Shown here: positions 1 through 13,780 of the stretch, in pieces
How the letters are laid out: each line of letters begins with the position of its first letter
Position numbering within the stretch: the stretch's first letter is position 1
Assembly (NCBI GenBank): GCA_038496445.1
Contig: JALMLS010000015.1
Span: forward strand, 372,001 to 436,000
Direction: 5' to 3'
DNA: 64,000 bases
Source of the DNA: Trichosphaerium sp. ATCC 40318
Taxonomy: Eukaryota; Protista; Tubulinea
Translations under genes and position numbers: made by a program
Notes under the pieces: generated by a model
Told to the model about the DNA's origin: nothing
Seen by the model: only the letters and a program-made list of their open reading frames with translations
The model's database searches: none

Positions 1-851
1 GATCCTGGCGCTACTGCTTTTCTTAATGCTTTCAAATCGAACTCTAGTTTGAAGAAACTTAACCTTGGTACGTAGAAAAGCCGTAGAGAACCACTATTTT
101 CGTTATTTGCCTTCTTTTAACTTTTTGTGCGCTACGTAAAAAGTCTCCGTTTACGCGCTGTGTATTTTCTAACGAATACTGTTTAGGTTGGAATAAGATC
201 ACACCAGAGATACTAGCAAAGCTCAGACATGTTCTGCGTCCAAACGCTATCAAAAAACGTGCTCTCGCTAAACAACGCGCACAACGTTTAGTAGAAGAGC
301 TTCCTACAAAAGTAACCAAACTTAAACACAATACAAGCGCTTCTTCAAATTTTGTAGACCAGCAAAAATTCCACGTCCAACAGCTCTTACCTGCTTTTAA
401 CGTACCTATTCCAACAGAAGAACTTATGATTACCGAACAGCAACAGTATCCATCAGCGCCAATTTTGAATTTCCCTTTCCTCGACACAACAGAGGAATTT
501 AGGCCTTTTTACGATATGTCAGCAACAGACTTCTCTGGAAACGCAATAAACTCTTCTCTTGGATTTGATATGCTACAAACACCTCAAATATCACAGCAAC
601 AGCAGCCTCAACAGATTTCACAGCTACAACAGCGAATACCGCAGCAAAATCAACAACAAATGATTTCAACACCACAACCAGATCCTGAAGTACAAACAAC
701 ACGTTGCACAGGTTGTAATACGCTTTTAAAGTTTTCGACGGTCGCTCATGCTCATATTATGTGCCCAATGTGCGGTACTGTAATGAGTACAACTGAACTT
801 AGTCAAATGGAGGCTTTACCTGTTTCTGCAGTAATTTTAAGCGAACTGTAA
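1..851 (+). CDS. 3' part of an RNI-like LRR protein with a Q-rich linker and a C-terminal LSD1-type zinc finger (5' truncated by the window)
   Basis: Exon 1-67 (GATAFLNAFKSNSSLKKLNL), GT-AG intron 68-186, then GWNKITPE continues in frame into ORF 426-851 ending CTGCNTLLKF...HIMCPMCGT; AATAAA at 891. Confidence 0.65.
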
Positions 852-1279
852 AAAAGAAAAAAAACCGAAAAGAAAAAAAAAGAAAACCCTAATAAAATTG
901 TAATTATCTCCCCCCATTTCGGCAGTGCTTACCTCTTACAGTATCTATTAGTGAGATCTTATTTATTGTCAGTATTAGACACAGTGTGGAGCATATGGCA
1001 ACGCCTCAGGCTGACAGTTACGGACGCTTTTTTTTTTTTTTCAAATGTTAAGAATTGCAGTTCTTTGCGTATAGCGACATCTCAATCAATTAAAAAATTC
1101 CCTTTTGATGATTATTCATACACCATCAATATAACCCCAATTATATATCTATCCAGTGTAATAGTTGATTAACGCGTTAGCAACAAAAGGAGTAAAATTA
1201 AGTTTTTTATTTATTTTTTTGATTTGACCTTTTTTTTTGTTTTGTTTTTGTCGTTTGACACAGAAACGCTCTTTTCTAT

Positions 1280-1950
1280 TTACACAAATAAACATTTCTT
1301 ACTTCCTTTCTTCTTATGTTTTGGTTTTTCTTGTCTTCGTATTTTTCTCACTGTTTCTTTAAATATCTCTGTAACGTTCCTACCAGTTTTTGCAGAAGTT
1401 AAAAAAAAACTTGCGTTGATTTTATCAGAGAAAGTTTTGGCATCAGTCTCAGGTACTTGTATATTCTCTTCAAGATCACACTTATTCCCAGCTACTACTA
1501 TAGGTATATAATCCTGTTCACAAAGAGCATCCTTTATACGACTATAATGATCTTCTAGTTCATCTAAACTTTGTTTTTCCGTCAAAGAAAAAACTAAAAT
1601 AAAGCCATCCGCCTCTTTGTAATACTAAAACGCAATGTCACGTGCGTAATTCGCCTTTTTTATTTTTTTTAAAAGTAAACTCCCGTACCATAGTCCGCAG
1701 TGCTGAGAACTCTTCCTGCCCTGCAGTGTCGATTATATCCAATAGAGCTATTTGATTATCAACTGATATCTGTTTTCTGTAAGCATCTTCAATTGTAGGA
1801 TCTAAAAAGATCGTTATTCCTTCTACTGTTCTCTAGGAGCTTACCATAGTCTACAACGAAGGCATTCTTTACAAATTTTATAGCAAGAGCCGTTTTACCA
1901 GTACCACCCGCCCCCAATAATATTATAGATACATTATTGATGTTTGACAT
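1280..1950 (-). CDS. Ras-family small GTPase (2 introns)
   Basis: [31 protein letters not shown] motifs, polybasic tail and CAAX CLFV; GT-AG introns restore the frame. Confidence 0.95.
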
Positions 1951-3299
1951 TTGGGAAAAGAGAACAGCTTGCGATGATCAAAATTTCTTTTTAGTTTGAT
2001 GAAATCATGGTGACTAAATCACGTTGTGTTTGCTTTTTTCCCTATAATTCCTTTTGGCGATTTCCAGTCACTCTCTACTTATTATTCTAGGCCACTAAAC
2101 GCGAGATGAACGCGCTTGAGGTTTTTTTGGCTAAACCGACTTGTTTATTCGTTGAAATTGTATAAATACAATAGTAAGCGCTACTATGATGTGCTGTGGT
2201 AGTGTAGCTTCGCGAAAATTGTTTTTTGTTGAACAACGGTTTTTTATTTTCGGCCTTCGCCTAAAAATGTCGTTTCGCGTTTCTTCAGAAATATGAAACA
2301 CTGTTTCAAAAATAGTGAAATTTCTGGTGTACCCAAAAAAAATAGAATATGCGACCTCCTCTTTTCTGGTTGGAAACTAAGATTGGACGACTTGATGTAT
2401 AAAATTAGGTCTTATTTGTGCCTGTGAAAAGAAGGGCTAATATTCGACTAATTGTATTGCTTCAATCTGTGAAACTACTTGCGTTCAAAATTCTTGCTAT
2501 GTGGCTGTTAAATTCGTGGTTTATTCTTGTTGTTGTACAACCGAACAATAAAACTGACGTGGCAGGTACTAATTAAATATTGTCTTCAAGTTAGAATTAA
2601 CAAGACACCAGTGTGATCACATGTGACTATGTGGTAAAAAGAATAAGTGCTTTGTTTATACCGTGACCACAAACGCGCCATCTTCTTCCCCATGTTAGTC
2701 TACCTCTTGTACTAGCAGGTGTACCAATTTAAGCTATGATTGTCATACTAGCCATACTACTGTGCTTGTCTTCACTAAAACGTTATCAGAACAAAGAGTT
2801 ATAATACTGTAGTACATCGTGTAAGTAAATCCAAAACACGTGAATCTCACAAAAGGGATTTTTAGGATTATACTCAAACAAGTCATTGGTGATGTTGCAA
2901 TTGTTATGGTTGTTAGTGGTAGTCGTACGTATACTATGTTTAACTGGTGTGACTTGAACTTTTGTTCTTCACATCAAACTTTTTTGCAGGGATAATTTTC
3001 GTGAACATTTACGAACTACACGTCTGTTTGATGGGAAAAAATCCAAGGGATGAATTGTTGGCCTCTTTTTCCGTTAAGTTCGACACTTTAGTGCTTAAGA
3101 GCTTTAAATTACATAAGACTACGTCCATAGCGTTGTATACATTCGCTTGTGATTAATTACAGCTTTTGATTCGAAATTAGAGATAATACGATCATAAAAT
3201 GTTAGACAAGAGTTTAAAGTTCTTTTCATGGTTATGGTCTATTATTGCTGATGCTGTGCGTGTGTTTAGTAACTTTACATAATCTCATTTTCAATCTAG

Positions 3300-4577
3300 C
3301 TCCCGTTTATCGCTAATCGTATGAAAAACCTTAAACAACCGTCCAAAATGACACTTGTGCTTGATTTAGACGAGGTACTAACATTACATTACTACAATCA
3401 ATCATAACTCCATTTAGACTCTCATTCACGCGACAGTGTGCGCTGTACCGGACTGGGACCATAGAATCACAGTAACTCTTCCAACAGTAGACCAAAAGTA
3501 CGAGAATTGCACCTTCTACGTTAAGGAGAGGCCGTTCCTGGATGAATTCATAGACAAGGTTCGCCTAAAACCCCACAAAACACTCAAATCTCCTTTTGTC
3601 AAATAACCACTGCACAGTGGAAATCACACCTTTTAAAATTGATTTTCGCGCTATTGAGCCAATAAAAAAAAACTCGCGGCAATAAGGAGTTGACACTCAA
3701 AAACAGAATTTGCCTGCGGACTCTCCTTTTGAGAAAATGAAACACCGTTTGCTCTATAGTATGCGACGTATTGTGTTGTTTTCTAGCTTCGTAGAGGCTT
3801 TTAAAGGCGAAAAGGCTGAAGAGAGCTGACGTCATTTATTCTCGTTTTACGCTTCTTTTTTTATGTTTATATTCAATTTAGGCGTGTAAGTGGTATGAAT
3901 TATTTGTTTTTACGGCGAGTAAACCAGAATACGCGAATCCACTGATAGATAAAATCGATCCTTGCGGAAAAATTAAAGGCCGATATTTCCGACATGTATG
4001 CTCCCTTTGCTTAAACTGTAATGTAAATCTAACATTTTATATAGCATTGTATAAGTACAAATGGCCATTTTATAAAGGATTTAAGGACAATAGGTATGTT
4101 TGGAGTCTAATTTTGTAGCAACTCTCAAAATGATTTTTTTTCAAAACTTGTTTTTATTTTTGTTTCTTTTTTTAGCTAGGCGTCACATCTCTCTAACATC
4201 TTTTTAGGCATGGATTTAAGTAAAACTGTAATGTTAGATAACTCACCTGTGGCGTATTGGAATAATAAAGGTAATATAAGAGCGCCTAAGCTACATTTTC
4301 TCAAAACGAAAACTTTTATGTTTAAAATAGCTTTCAATGAAAATAACTTGCTTGTATTTTACTTTTATTTTGGTTTCCATGACTCACGTGTTTACTAACT
4401 TTTTTAGCTAATGCTATACCTATTCCTGGTTATTGGGGAGACAATCCATGGGACCAAGAACTACTTAATGTTATACCATTTCTTGATGCTCTTAGAAGTA
4501 CAAGGGATGTTAGATCTATTCTTAAACTAAGACTTGAACAATTTTCTCAACCTCAAAGGACACGATGTAGGGTGTGA
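3300..4577 (+). CDS. FCP1/SCP-family HAD phosphatase, Nem1/CTDNEP1 (Dullard)-like; further 5' exons probably lie at ~2700-3200 (unresolved)
   Basis: Spliced LVLDLDETLIH, WYELFVFTAS, LDNSPVAY and C-terminal DQELLNVIPFLDALRSTRDVRSIL typical of Nem1/Dullard. Confidence 0.85.
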
Positions 4578-4964
4578 GATGAAGGCCTTTTTTTTTTTCA
4601 TTGAAAAAAAAGTGATAGAGAAAGATGACCTACTATACGCCCTAAAAGATAGAGTGAATAGAGGATTAATTGTGTGGGGTGGAAATCAGATGAGCTGATG
4701 TGTTGTTGTTCAAATAAGAATAACAACAAAAGAAAACTACACCCAAAAAATAATACCGATGTAAATAGAGTAATTTTATTGTACAGACGTCTTCGGTTGT
4801 TTATTTGTCTTTTTTCTTTCATTGTCAGGTATTCTTATTGGTTAAGTTAAAGCAACATCAAACGAGCGATAAGCTTGCTGTGTGAGTCTATTAATCGAAC
4901 TGAAAGATATTGGCGTTCAATTGTTATTGGTTTCTTATTTTTTTCTTAAACACAATTTGATTGT

Positions 4965-7325
4965 TTAATTTTGGATGAAGCGGTTAATATACTTTGCAAT
5001 ATCAAACTTTCTTTTACATCCAGCGTAGTTCATATATCTTATTTTACCGAAAACATCACGTTCAGCCCATGCTCTATCATGTACACCGCCTAAAACAGCA
5101 TTAACAGAAAATCTTCAAATAATTCCTTTTTTTAAGTTTTGCTTCAAACTACTCACCTATAGCCCATGCTATACCAACGTATCCATTAGGATCTCTGCCA
5201 TCTAGTTCATATTTATCATTTAAAATTATAGCAAACTCCATAGCTTGCTCAGGAGATTCAGTCCACTCTAATATCTTCTTTGCCCAGTACATACGCATGA
5301 ACCCATGCATTTTACCTAAAACAACCATCTATAAAAACATGTGAGTATGTATTTCTGTGTTTATTACAAGGCAGTTAAGGGCAGTCAAGTTGTACGTTAG
5401 TTAGCATAAAAAGTATGAACTGGATTGGTCCCCAGTTCAGTCTTTTTCGTTATTGGTTTGCTACTCTAAATCGGGTTGTGGAAACTTGACTGCCTCCAAA
5501 CTTAACCAGGTTGTGCAATTTTATATTCACACTTTTCTATTATTCTTACCTCTGTTTGAGCTGCGTTCCATAAGTCATCATGAGTTTCACTTTTTTCAAG
5601 TTGGTCCAAGCTACAATGAGTTAGAATTCGTTTTTTATTATTTAGGCTCACGTGTATAAATATTGCCTGGTGTCTTCTTTGTGTTCATTTAGTGTTATTG
5701 TCGCCCAGTTAGCTATACCTTCAATGCTGTCGTATTTAGGATTATAGTGACAGTAGTTGTCAGTAAGTTCTAATATGAAATGATCAGAGAAGGAAATACG
5801 TTGAACAGTTTTTATCAAATTGTGTACCTCTCCTCACAATAAGCTCTTCAAGGAAGCTTTCTACAGCTTCTTTATGCTTCTTTTCATACTTTAACGCTTC
5901 AAAAGCTGCACGTTGAGCAGATAGTTGACCAAAGTGAAGATCTTTAAATGAGGAAATCAGCAAACAATACTATTGCAGTAAAGCCGTACAAGGTGACAAG
6001 TTTGATTGTCCGTTAATGTTAGGATCATTGCGATGTAAGTAGAGTTGTATCCTAAACATTCATAAGATTAAAATAGTGTTGTATAGTTCATATAAACAGT
6101 AAACAAGGTACCTCTTTGTTAGAAACTCTTTCAAAGCTTGAAGGCTGTTTTCTTGGCCTGGCTTTATCCATTCAATGTCATGTTCAATAGGAGGCTTAGG
6201 AAGGTACTCAGCCCAATTTGTACCTTTGACAGTCATTAGATAGGGTGTAAATTACTCAAGGTCACGTGGTATTAGCAATACGTGATCAGCAAAAAAAAGA
6301 AAAAAAGAAGAAAAATCCAAAACGCACGAGCTTTTAATTGTTCAGTAAGCCAAGATTCTTTGACTGTTTGCTTTTGAAGTTCTGGAAAATCTGTTAAATA
6401 GTCATCCAATTTTGAGTTAATCTTCTTTCTAATAGTTCTTGCAGCGTATTCTTGTTTAGGAGATGCTACCCAAACAGGTACAACATTATGAGCATCAACC
6501 TAAATAACAGTTGTGAACAGACACAAAAAATCTCGAAAAAGCAAAAAGTACCTCAGTGACTTGACAGTTAATGTCATCTTGTTCTATTGATGCAACTATT
6601 TCATCCTTCCATCCTCTGTTTATACGTAGAGGAGAGTAATCACAAACTAGGTGACCTACTTTATGAGTCTTCACAAAGTCTGGGATGGTTGCTGGCGGTA
6701 ATCCCTTTTTTTGAATTGTTAGAGTTTTACGGACGTTCTGGCTTAATTTTTGGTGTTTTTTATGTACCTTTAGCATAAAGAATGGTATTTCAAGTGTATT
6801 AAGATGCTCTTCGACTTGACGTAAACCGTTCACCATAAACTGTTTAGATTGTTACAAAAAGGCTTTCAATCTGCTTAATTATGTAGTGCCTTGAAGTGAC
6901 GCGCAGTTGCGCGTTGAAATACTGGCATTAGACTGAAAACGACAACTAGTGGTCTTTTTCCTTTAGAAGCTACTTCTTGTGCGTACAGCAACGCCCAATT
7001 ATCCTTGGAGCGCTTTACGGGATATTTAGTATTATTGCAAAGTGTATTTCGCCGCACCTGATCTCTACTCATCCAATACACAACAGGACCTTCATTTTCA
7101 TCCTACAAGAAGATGAACGGATAGTACGAAGGTTCTTTCTTACGATTTTTAAAAGGCTTCTCCTACGCGATAAAATGACATCTGAAGTCGATAATGCACG
7201 CGTATGAACAAGTTTAGCCTACCAACGAATAATTTTAGCTAAAAGCGGACTAAATGTCAACTTGCTTTTTTAGTTCTTGTTTTAGAGGTGGTTGTAGCAC
7301 GCCTCTTTGTAGAAGAACGTAACAT
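4965..7325 (-). CDS. phr: Class II CPD DNA photolyase (multi-exon)
   Basis: [76 protein letters not shown]. Confidence 0.95.
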
Positions 7326-7402
7326 GTATACTTGCAAGTAAATATTAAACTGTCTTGACCTAGTGCGACCTTTTACGTACTTTTTTTTAGTTTTAACCGT
7401 AT
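7326..7402. promoter_or_regulatory. Putative bidirectional promoter (77 bp between divergent start codons)
   Basis: Photolyase ATG at 7325 (-) and F-box/LRR ATG at 7403 (+). Confidence 0.5.
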
Positions 7403-8687
7403 ATGTCGCGCTCGATGAGGCGTGCGCACCGTAGATCGCGTACTTTTTCAGCTAGCGAGACAACACAAAAGAAGTTATTACGTCAAGATGCAAACGGAAG
7501 TAAGGAAGGCTCAAAAAGTGCTCGTTCGCTTAGAACTGCAAGAAGAGCAAAGAGTTCAAGGACCGTACAATCTACTTCAAAACTAAAGACTGTCCAAAAA
7601 GGTACTGCAAAGTATATGTACGCGCCTAAATACTTTAAAGATAAGACCGGCATGTCGAAACAAGTTCTTTGTCGCATTTTCGCTTTTTTAGAAGTTGAGA
7701 CACACAGCATTACTTTCTATAAACAATACAACCACCTGTCACTCGTATCAAAGCTTTGGAAAGGTGCACTTATCGCGTGTATCCGCGAATTTAAAGCAGA
7801 AGACCTGGGCATGTGGAATTTTACCAGTCGTACTACGTCGGCGTCTATAGGCAAATTCAGAGTGCGTTTTTTGTTCAAACGCAACAAAAAAGCGGTTATT
7901 CTTAAAAGCTAAAACCCTCGCTATCAGCATTGTTCTTATTCGCGTTGCGTATAGCGCTCTTAAAACAAGCTTTTGACAGATTTTAATTAGTTTGTCAAAT
8001 TAAAACTTCTGTGTGAACTAGTCGCTTTAAAACTACTTTATACTACAGTTTAGATATCTAACTATCTTAATATAGAGCTCTTTACGCTCCTTGGTACTCA
8101 GAAACTGCCTTATTTCATCAAATAGTCTTCATAAAACATTACCTCACTTAACGAAACTACAACACCTTAATCTTCGTGGTGTTAGTATTGATTCTCGTGT
8201 AATGCAAGATATATGTGCCCTTGGGTACCAGATCAGATATTTATATATCCACTTGACGCCAAAGATAAAGCCAAAAGTTCTTTGTCAATCCCTTTTAAAG
8301 TTTGACAAGCTCAAAAACTTCGGATTAGTCATTGACGTAGAAGTACCTTCAAAGTACAATATTGTACATAGCTTGCCTTTAAGCAAGCTAGAGGAACTTG
8401 TGCTTGTTGGTAATCATTGTTGTACACTATCAAAGACAGATTTAGAGAAAATGAGAAGACTTAGAAGGCTGGTACTTGGTTCTGGATTTTCCAAGACTTT
8501 ACAAGATCATAAAGAATCAATTTCAGTACTAGGAGATTGTAAGAGCTTTCAAGTGCTTGTATTATTTCTTGTACACTTAGGAACTCCTAGTGCTGATTAT
8601 ACAAAGACTTTAAAGGCATTAAAGTCAAGCTTGAAGTCTGTTAGAATAAGAGAACAGACTTCTGTTGCACGTACTGATGGATTCTAA
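7403..8687 (+). CDS. F-box/LRR-like protein with a basic N-terminus
   Basis: F-box-like MSKQVLCRIFAFL...LSLVSKLWK in exon 1; intron ~7862-8075; LxxLxL repeats in ORF 8091-8687. Confidence 0.65.
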
Positions 8688-8932
8688 AAAAAAATTAATA
8701 AGAAATCCATCTTTTTTGTTATGACTCTTGTTTGGGTTATTGATTGCTTTTTTTCCGTCCTTTTTTGCTTCCGTGGATGTTTGTTTCGAGTACAAGTAAG
8801 CCTAAAGTGTTGTAATAAGCAAGAACAAAGGCAAGTACACGTGTACGGCCATAAAATGTTACAGTTAATACCTTATTTGATGTTAAGTCACTTACAAATC
8901 TAACGTCCATAAACCTGAGTATACCAATTAAA

Positions 8933-10750
8933 ATGGCAGAGCCTAAAAAAGACTCTACAACTGAAGCATTCTCAACAGTTGGCGTAGATATTTCTGAAGT
9001 AAATAAATTTTGTCGTCTTCCACTCTTAACTGTCATTGACACGTTATTAATAGGAGAAACTTGAGGAACTGTACAAACAGGCAGCAAATTTTGATAAAGC
9101 TGGTATTTTAATTATAGGCAACTCAGGAGTTGGAAAGACCACGTTGATTAACACGTGTTTTGGTAAAACTTTGGGTGAAGTACGTTTTCTTTAGTTTTTA
9201 TGAAGTTCCTCGTAGGAACTACCTTATAGTAGTACTGGTGCGGAGAAAGACGAGCGTCTAGGCATAGCTCCTACCTACGCCATTTTTAGGTTATTTGGAT
9301 CTTTTTTTGTTTACACATTACAGGTTATAGGCATAGAAACTGGGGTGGACCCAGAAGAGTACAAGAGAACAACTTCGGCGTGGATAGAAAGAGCCGAAGT
9401 TCATTTATGCTATTATGTTGTAAACGCAGACGCTCATCGCTGGCTTGAATATGATACATCACTGGCGAAAATGATACAAGAAAAGATACCTCTCCTTGTT
9501 GTTCTTACTCACTGTGATGCGGCTTCCCCAGATCAAACCAAGAAACTGTCTGATGCTATCAAATGTGATGTAGATGAGAAAAACATAATTCATCTCGGAA
9601 TACCTCCAAACAGAGTGGTACTTAACTTTTGTAGATTTCTAGCTATTTTTTTTTTTTGGTCTAACTTGACATCTTAGGTATATTACCCTACTAAGTGTCC
9701 TTCTTGTGAGGGTAAGGCTATGTATATTCCTTTACATGGCAACTATTTGCACGTGATTTTTACCTTTGACAAAAAATTACTAATAGTTCTGTAGCTGTAT
9801 TGATCCAAAATGTGCTGTCACTTTTGATATTCCAGAAACACTTATCAAAAGAGGTAATGAATTGCTTGCCAATCTCAAAAAATCGTCAAGGAACATCTCA
9901 GTAAATAATACTGCCGACAGTAGTGTTGAACCTTCAGTAGAACTGGTATGTAACAATGTAAAGAAAGACAAATTGTGATTCAGTAAAAAAAACTCTCGAA
10001 ATATTTCAACAAAGCCAATTAACTTGTTTACAAGATAAATGGCGGATTTGACCCTGCTACAGATGAACAATACCAAAGGTTAATTAATAGGCCACTTGAA
10101 TTGTTACCTGAGAATGTACAAACGTCGTTTCGTATTGCTGTAAATGATGGGACTCCGAAAAGAAGATTTGGTGTTTCAATTGGTATAATCACAGCATCCG
10201 TTGCTGGCGCAGGAGCTGCAGGAGCTTCGCCAATTCCTATCGCTGACTTGCCAATACTTGTATCCATTCAAGTAAGCATGTTTTTCGGCCTTGCTACTAC
10301 ATGGGGAGTTTCTACACAGTTCACAAAGAGCAAGATAAAAAGTATGGCTTTAGCAGCAGTAGGTAGCATTGGAGCATTTGCAGCTATTGCAATAGGCACG
10401 TGTTTTTTCTAAAGATAGAAAAACTTTCATTCCATCTAGAGTATTGACTGTATCTAGGCGGAAGCGCACTGGCATCAGCTTTGAAACTCATACCTGGTGT
10501 TGGGACTGTAGTTGGAGGCATAATTAATGCTTCTGTTGCTACCACTTTCACCCTCACTCTTGGTATTGTATTCACCATAGGATTTTATGATATTTGGAAA
10601 TACGGTGGTTCTACTCTAGATGAAATAGAAGCAAAACTAAAGAAAGCTATGGAGTCTGCTAAACGTATCTTTAAAAAAATTACTAGAGGGCAAGGTCCTA
10701 CAGCTATTTTGGAGTCTGAACTTCAAATGGTTGATGATGACTATTGTTAA
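8933..10750 (+). CDS. P-loop GTPase (MMR_HSR1-like) fused to a DUF697/YcjF-like hydrophobic domain, with a Cys-rich insert
   Basis: GNSGVGKTTLIN, VLTHCD (G4-like), CPSC...C..C insert, ASPIPIADLPILVSIQVSM and LKLIPGVGTVVGGIINASVA typical of DUF697; G3 exon not resolved. Confidence 0.75.
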
Positions 10751-10911
10751 ACAACGTCTTATGTAATCTATTCATTGGCACAAAAACGAGCAATAAATAA
10801 CGTTGTCAATCATTTGTAGCTCAATTCTGTTTTTTCTTAGACGGTGTACCGAGAATCAAGTTTATTATGTCAGTTTGATTCCAAGGTCTAAAGAAGGGAG
10901 GTGATGTAACA

Positions 10912-12895
10912 CTAATACAAGGCAATGCCTTCATTGCTTGTACAAACCATGCCGTTTGGTGATGTTATCTTAATAAAATATCAATAAGAAGCACGTGCTC
11001 AGGTCAAAAATAAAATGACTATCTTTACCTTTGTTGGGTTTGGGTTAACTTTATGGCACAGATCAAGCTTTCCTGTTACAGGTGTCTTCCAGTCATTTTC
11101 CAGAAGTCCGCCAGTATCACCAGAATTTGGATTTAAACACCAAAAGAATGTATCAGTAAAGTCAACCTCAACAAGCCAACTCGTGTATGCATCAAGCCAA
11201 ACCTATTTACAGAAAAAAGTCAGAAAAGAAATTATTTCTATAAGTTTATTCGTACTCCGTCTGTTCCACCAAGTTCCCCACCCCATTCTCCTACAACAAG
11301 AGCACTTCCTAATATATCAAGTTAGCTCATGCACAAAGAAAGTTTACCTTTAACCACCTGTTAAGTTTCTGACAAAGCCGTAATGAGTTGTCCATATTTT
11401 AGGCATGTTTTTTGGGAACTCTGGTACACTAAAGTATGGCATATTGTACACTGATGGACCGTAGCAATGTGGTGAGTATACAAGCTTTTCCTTTTTAGTT
11501 AGGTTGACCTCTGCAGAGTGTACACCGAGGAGATCTTCACCCCTACAGCGCTCCGTTAAAACGACATGTTGATAACAATCCATGCTTCAACCACATGGCC
11601 GACACTTACCAAAAGCATCCATCTGCGCAAGGAGGACCATCATCGTTTCCTTCTACGAATATGAGGTACCTTTTAGTCATAAGTTAGCGAGATGAAAGTT
11701 CATCACAACGCACTTTGAGCCGTTTTCTGAACTATGTATGTGATTTCCAATACGTGCTGCTGCTTTATCCCAATCAGTTTTTAAGTTACCTGTATTCCAA
11801 GTTGAAGCAAAGGGCTCGTTCTTCAGATCAAAGGCAACAACGTTCCATTGGTCTGCATACCTTGCCATAAGAATATCCTTAACAGTATTGAAGTAAGCGA
11901 TACAGCATAAGAAACAAATCTTAGCTGGTTGAACGTACCCATCCTTTGAGTACAAGCGATTCAGGGTGTTCAGCGTTGTACCATAAACCGTCCTGAGATG
12001 CAGAACCTATTAATGTGAATGAAAAAGATTGCTTTGAATTGAAAAACGGGAACAGAAAGCATAAAAGCAAGGTATTAATTCTTTGTTTTTGGTGTACTTG
12101 CCTGCTTCAAAGGAGTGCATGTCAAACATTATCAAGATACCGTTCTGAGCTGAGTATTCGACGATCTTATCCATCACTTGCCACGAGTTAAGCCTAGTAC
12201 AATAAGAATGGAAACGAGTAACATTGGGAAAAAATAGTGCTTTTTCCTTTTTAGACAGAAACATTGTGAGGTCACCTGACATCTTGTAAACGCGTTCATA
12301 TTTTACTGCGCTAAGATGACAGGCAACCTCCCAAGAGGTTTTGAACACGTGTCCAAGAACTGGACCACAAAAACCTAGGCGAACTGTGTACATACCCTTT
12401 CAAGTCTTCGTTCATTTTGTAGTAGTTAATAGTGGTAGGCACTGAGTCATTGCTAAGTATCAAATCTAGAAACATACTCGTTTATACTCGTAAACTTACT
12501 CAAAAGCGTAAAACACGTACCCAAGTAAAAGGGAAGGCGCATCGCATTAAATCCATTAGATTTAGCAAAGTCCAAAAGGAACTTGTAATCTTTTGTTTTG
12601 TTTAGTCACGTGACGAATTGTAAATCTCTTGTACCTGCTGCCCATAGACCTTGTACTGTATTATCACTTGTTTCAAAACCAAACCAGCTGAATCCTTTGA
12701 GGTGAAAGCGTTCACCGTTAGCAAAAAGGAAACCTCCTTTTGTTGTTATTTCAAACGTCTCTTGGTTATTACAAGCACATTGTACAGCGCTCTAGAGGAA
12801 AGTCACGTGAGAAAAATAAACAAATAGAGCAAATAAGGATAAACAAAACGTACTAGTAGCGCTGCGAAGATGAGTATTATGGATAGAGGTTTCAT
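10912..12895 (-). CDS. Secreted GH5 endoglucanase (cellulase-like)
   Basis: Signal peptide; KGFSWFGFET, FNAMRLPF, FDLKNEPF (acid/base E), YSPHCYGPSV, VGEWGG (nucleophile E), FWCLNPNSGDTGGL. Confidence 0.92.
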
Positions 12896-13001
12896 GTAGG
12901 AAATGTCGCTTTACAACTCTAAATGGTGCGTGTAGTTCACAAAAGTACATCCGTTGACCGGACAACCAATAAACAAAGAGAAGGGAACGCAGTAGATAAT
13001 C

Positions 13002-13762
13002 ATGACTTTCATTGGTGTATCAGTTGAGCAAGCGTTAAAATACTATCGTGAGAGCCACAAAGAATACTTTGGTAGTATTAAGGGAGAAAAAAACGAAATA
13101 TTTATTAAACAAATTGATAGTATTTTAAACCTTACAGATGATACTGATAGAGTTCATGTTGCTACATCATGTCACTTTACGGCTGATATTATCCATGATA
13201 TTGTTGGATTCAAACAAGTTACGGGGGCAGCATCGCTTTTGAGACAGTTTCGAAAATTACGACATTTTTGATTTTTGATATTTACGGTATTTCCAGAATC
13301 TTTGAGACGTTTTTACTCACCTCAGAACCGTCTTAACCAAAAATTGTTATTATGAACATTTAACTAGTATTCTATACTTATAGGCTTAAAAACCATTTTG
13401 CGATTCGTTCGTGCTGTGCGGAGGACAGTCAAAGCAATTTTTTTTCAAAACAAACTTTTTCAACAATTTCTGAAACTGTCTCAAAAGCGATGCTGCCCCT
13501 GGTTAACATTCTCAATGACATGTTATATTAGGAAGTGCAAGGCCATTATGAAAAAAAGTGTAATTAATTTGCGATTCAACGACAAAGGAGCTAAGGCAGT
13601 GTTCACACTATTATATTAGCAAATACAAATGTTACAGATGAAGGTATCAAAGCACTAAAGGATCATATTAACTACATGAAATCTTATGTAAAAGAATGTT
13701 ATACTTTACAATACAACTTCACGTTGTGTTGTATTGGCTGTCTCATTGGTTGTCGAACCTAA
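13002..13762 (+). pseudogene. Decayed F-box-like/LRR gene remnant
   Basis: 89-aa ORF followed by frame-broken LRR fragments FNDKGAKA and GSVHTIILANTNVTDEGIKALK (~13595-13660); no introns restore a continuous frame. Confidence 0.45.
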
Positions 13763-13780
13763 TACTTAGCGTAAACAATA

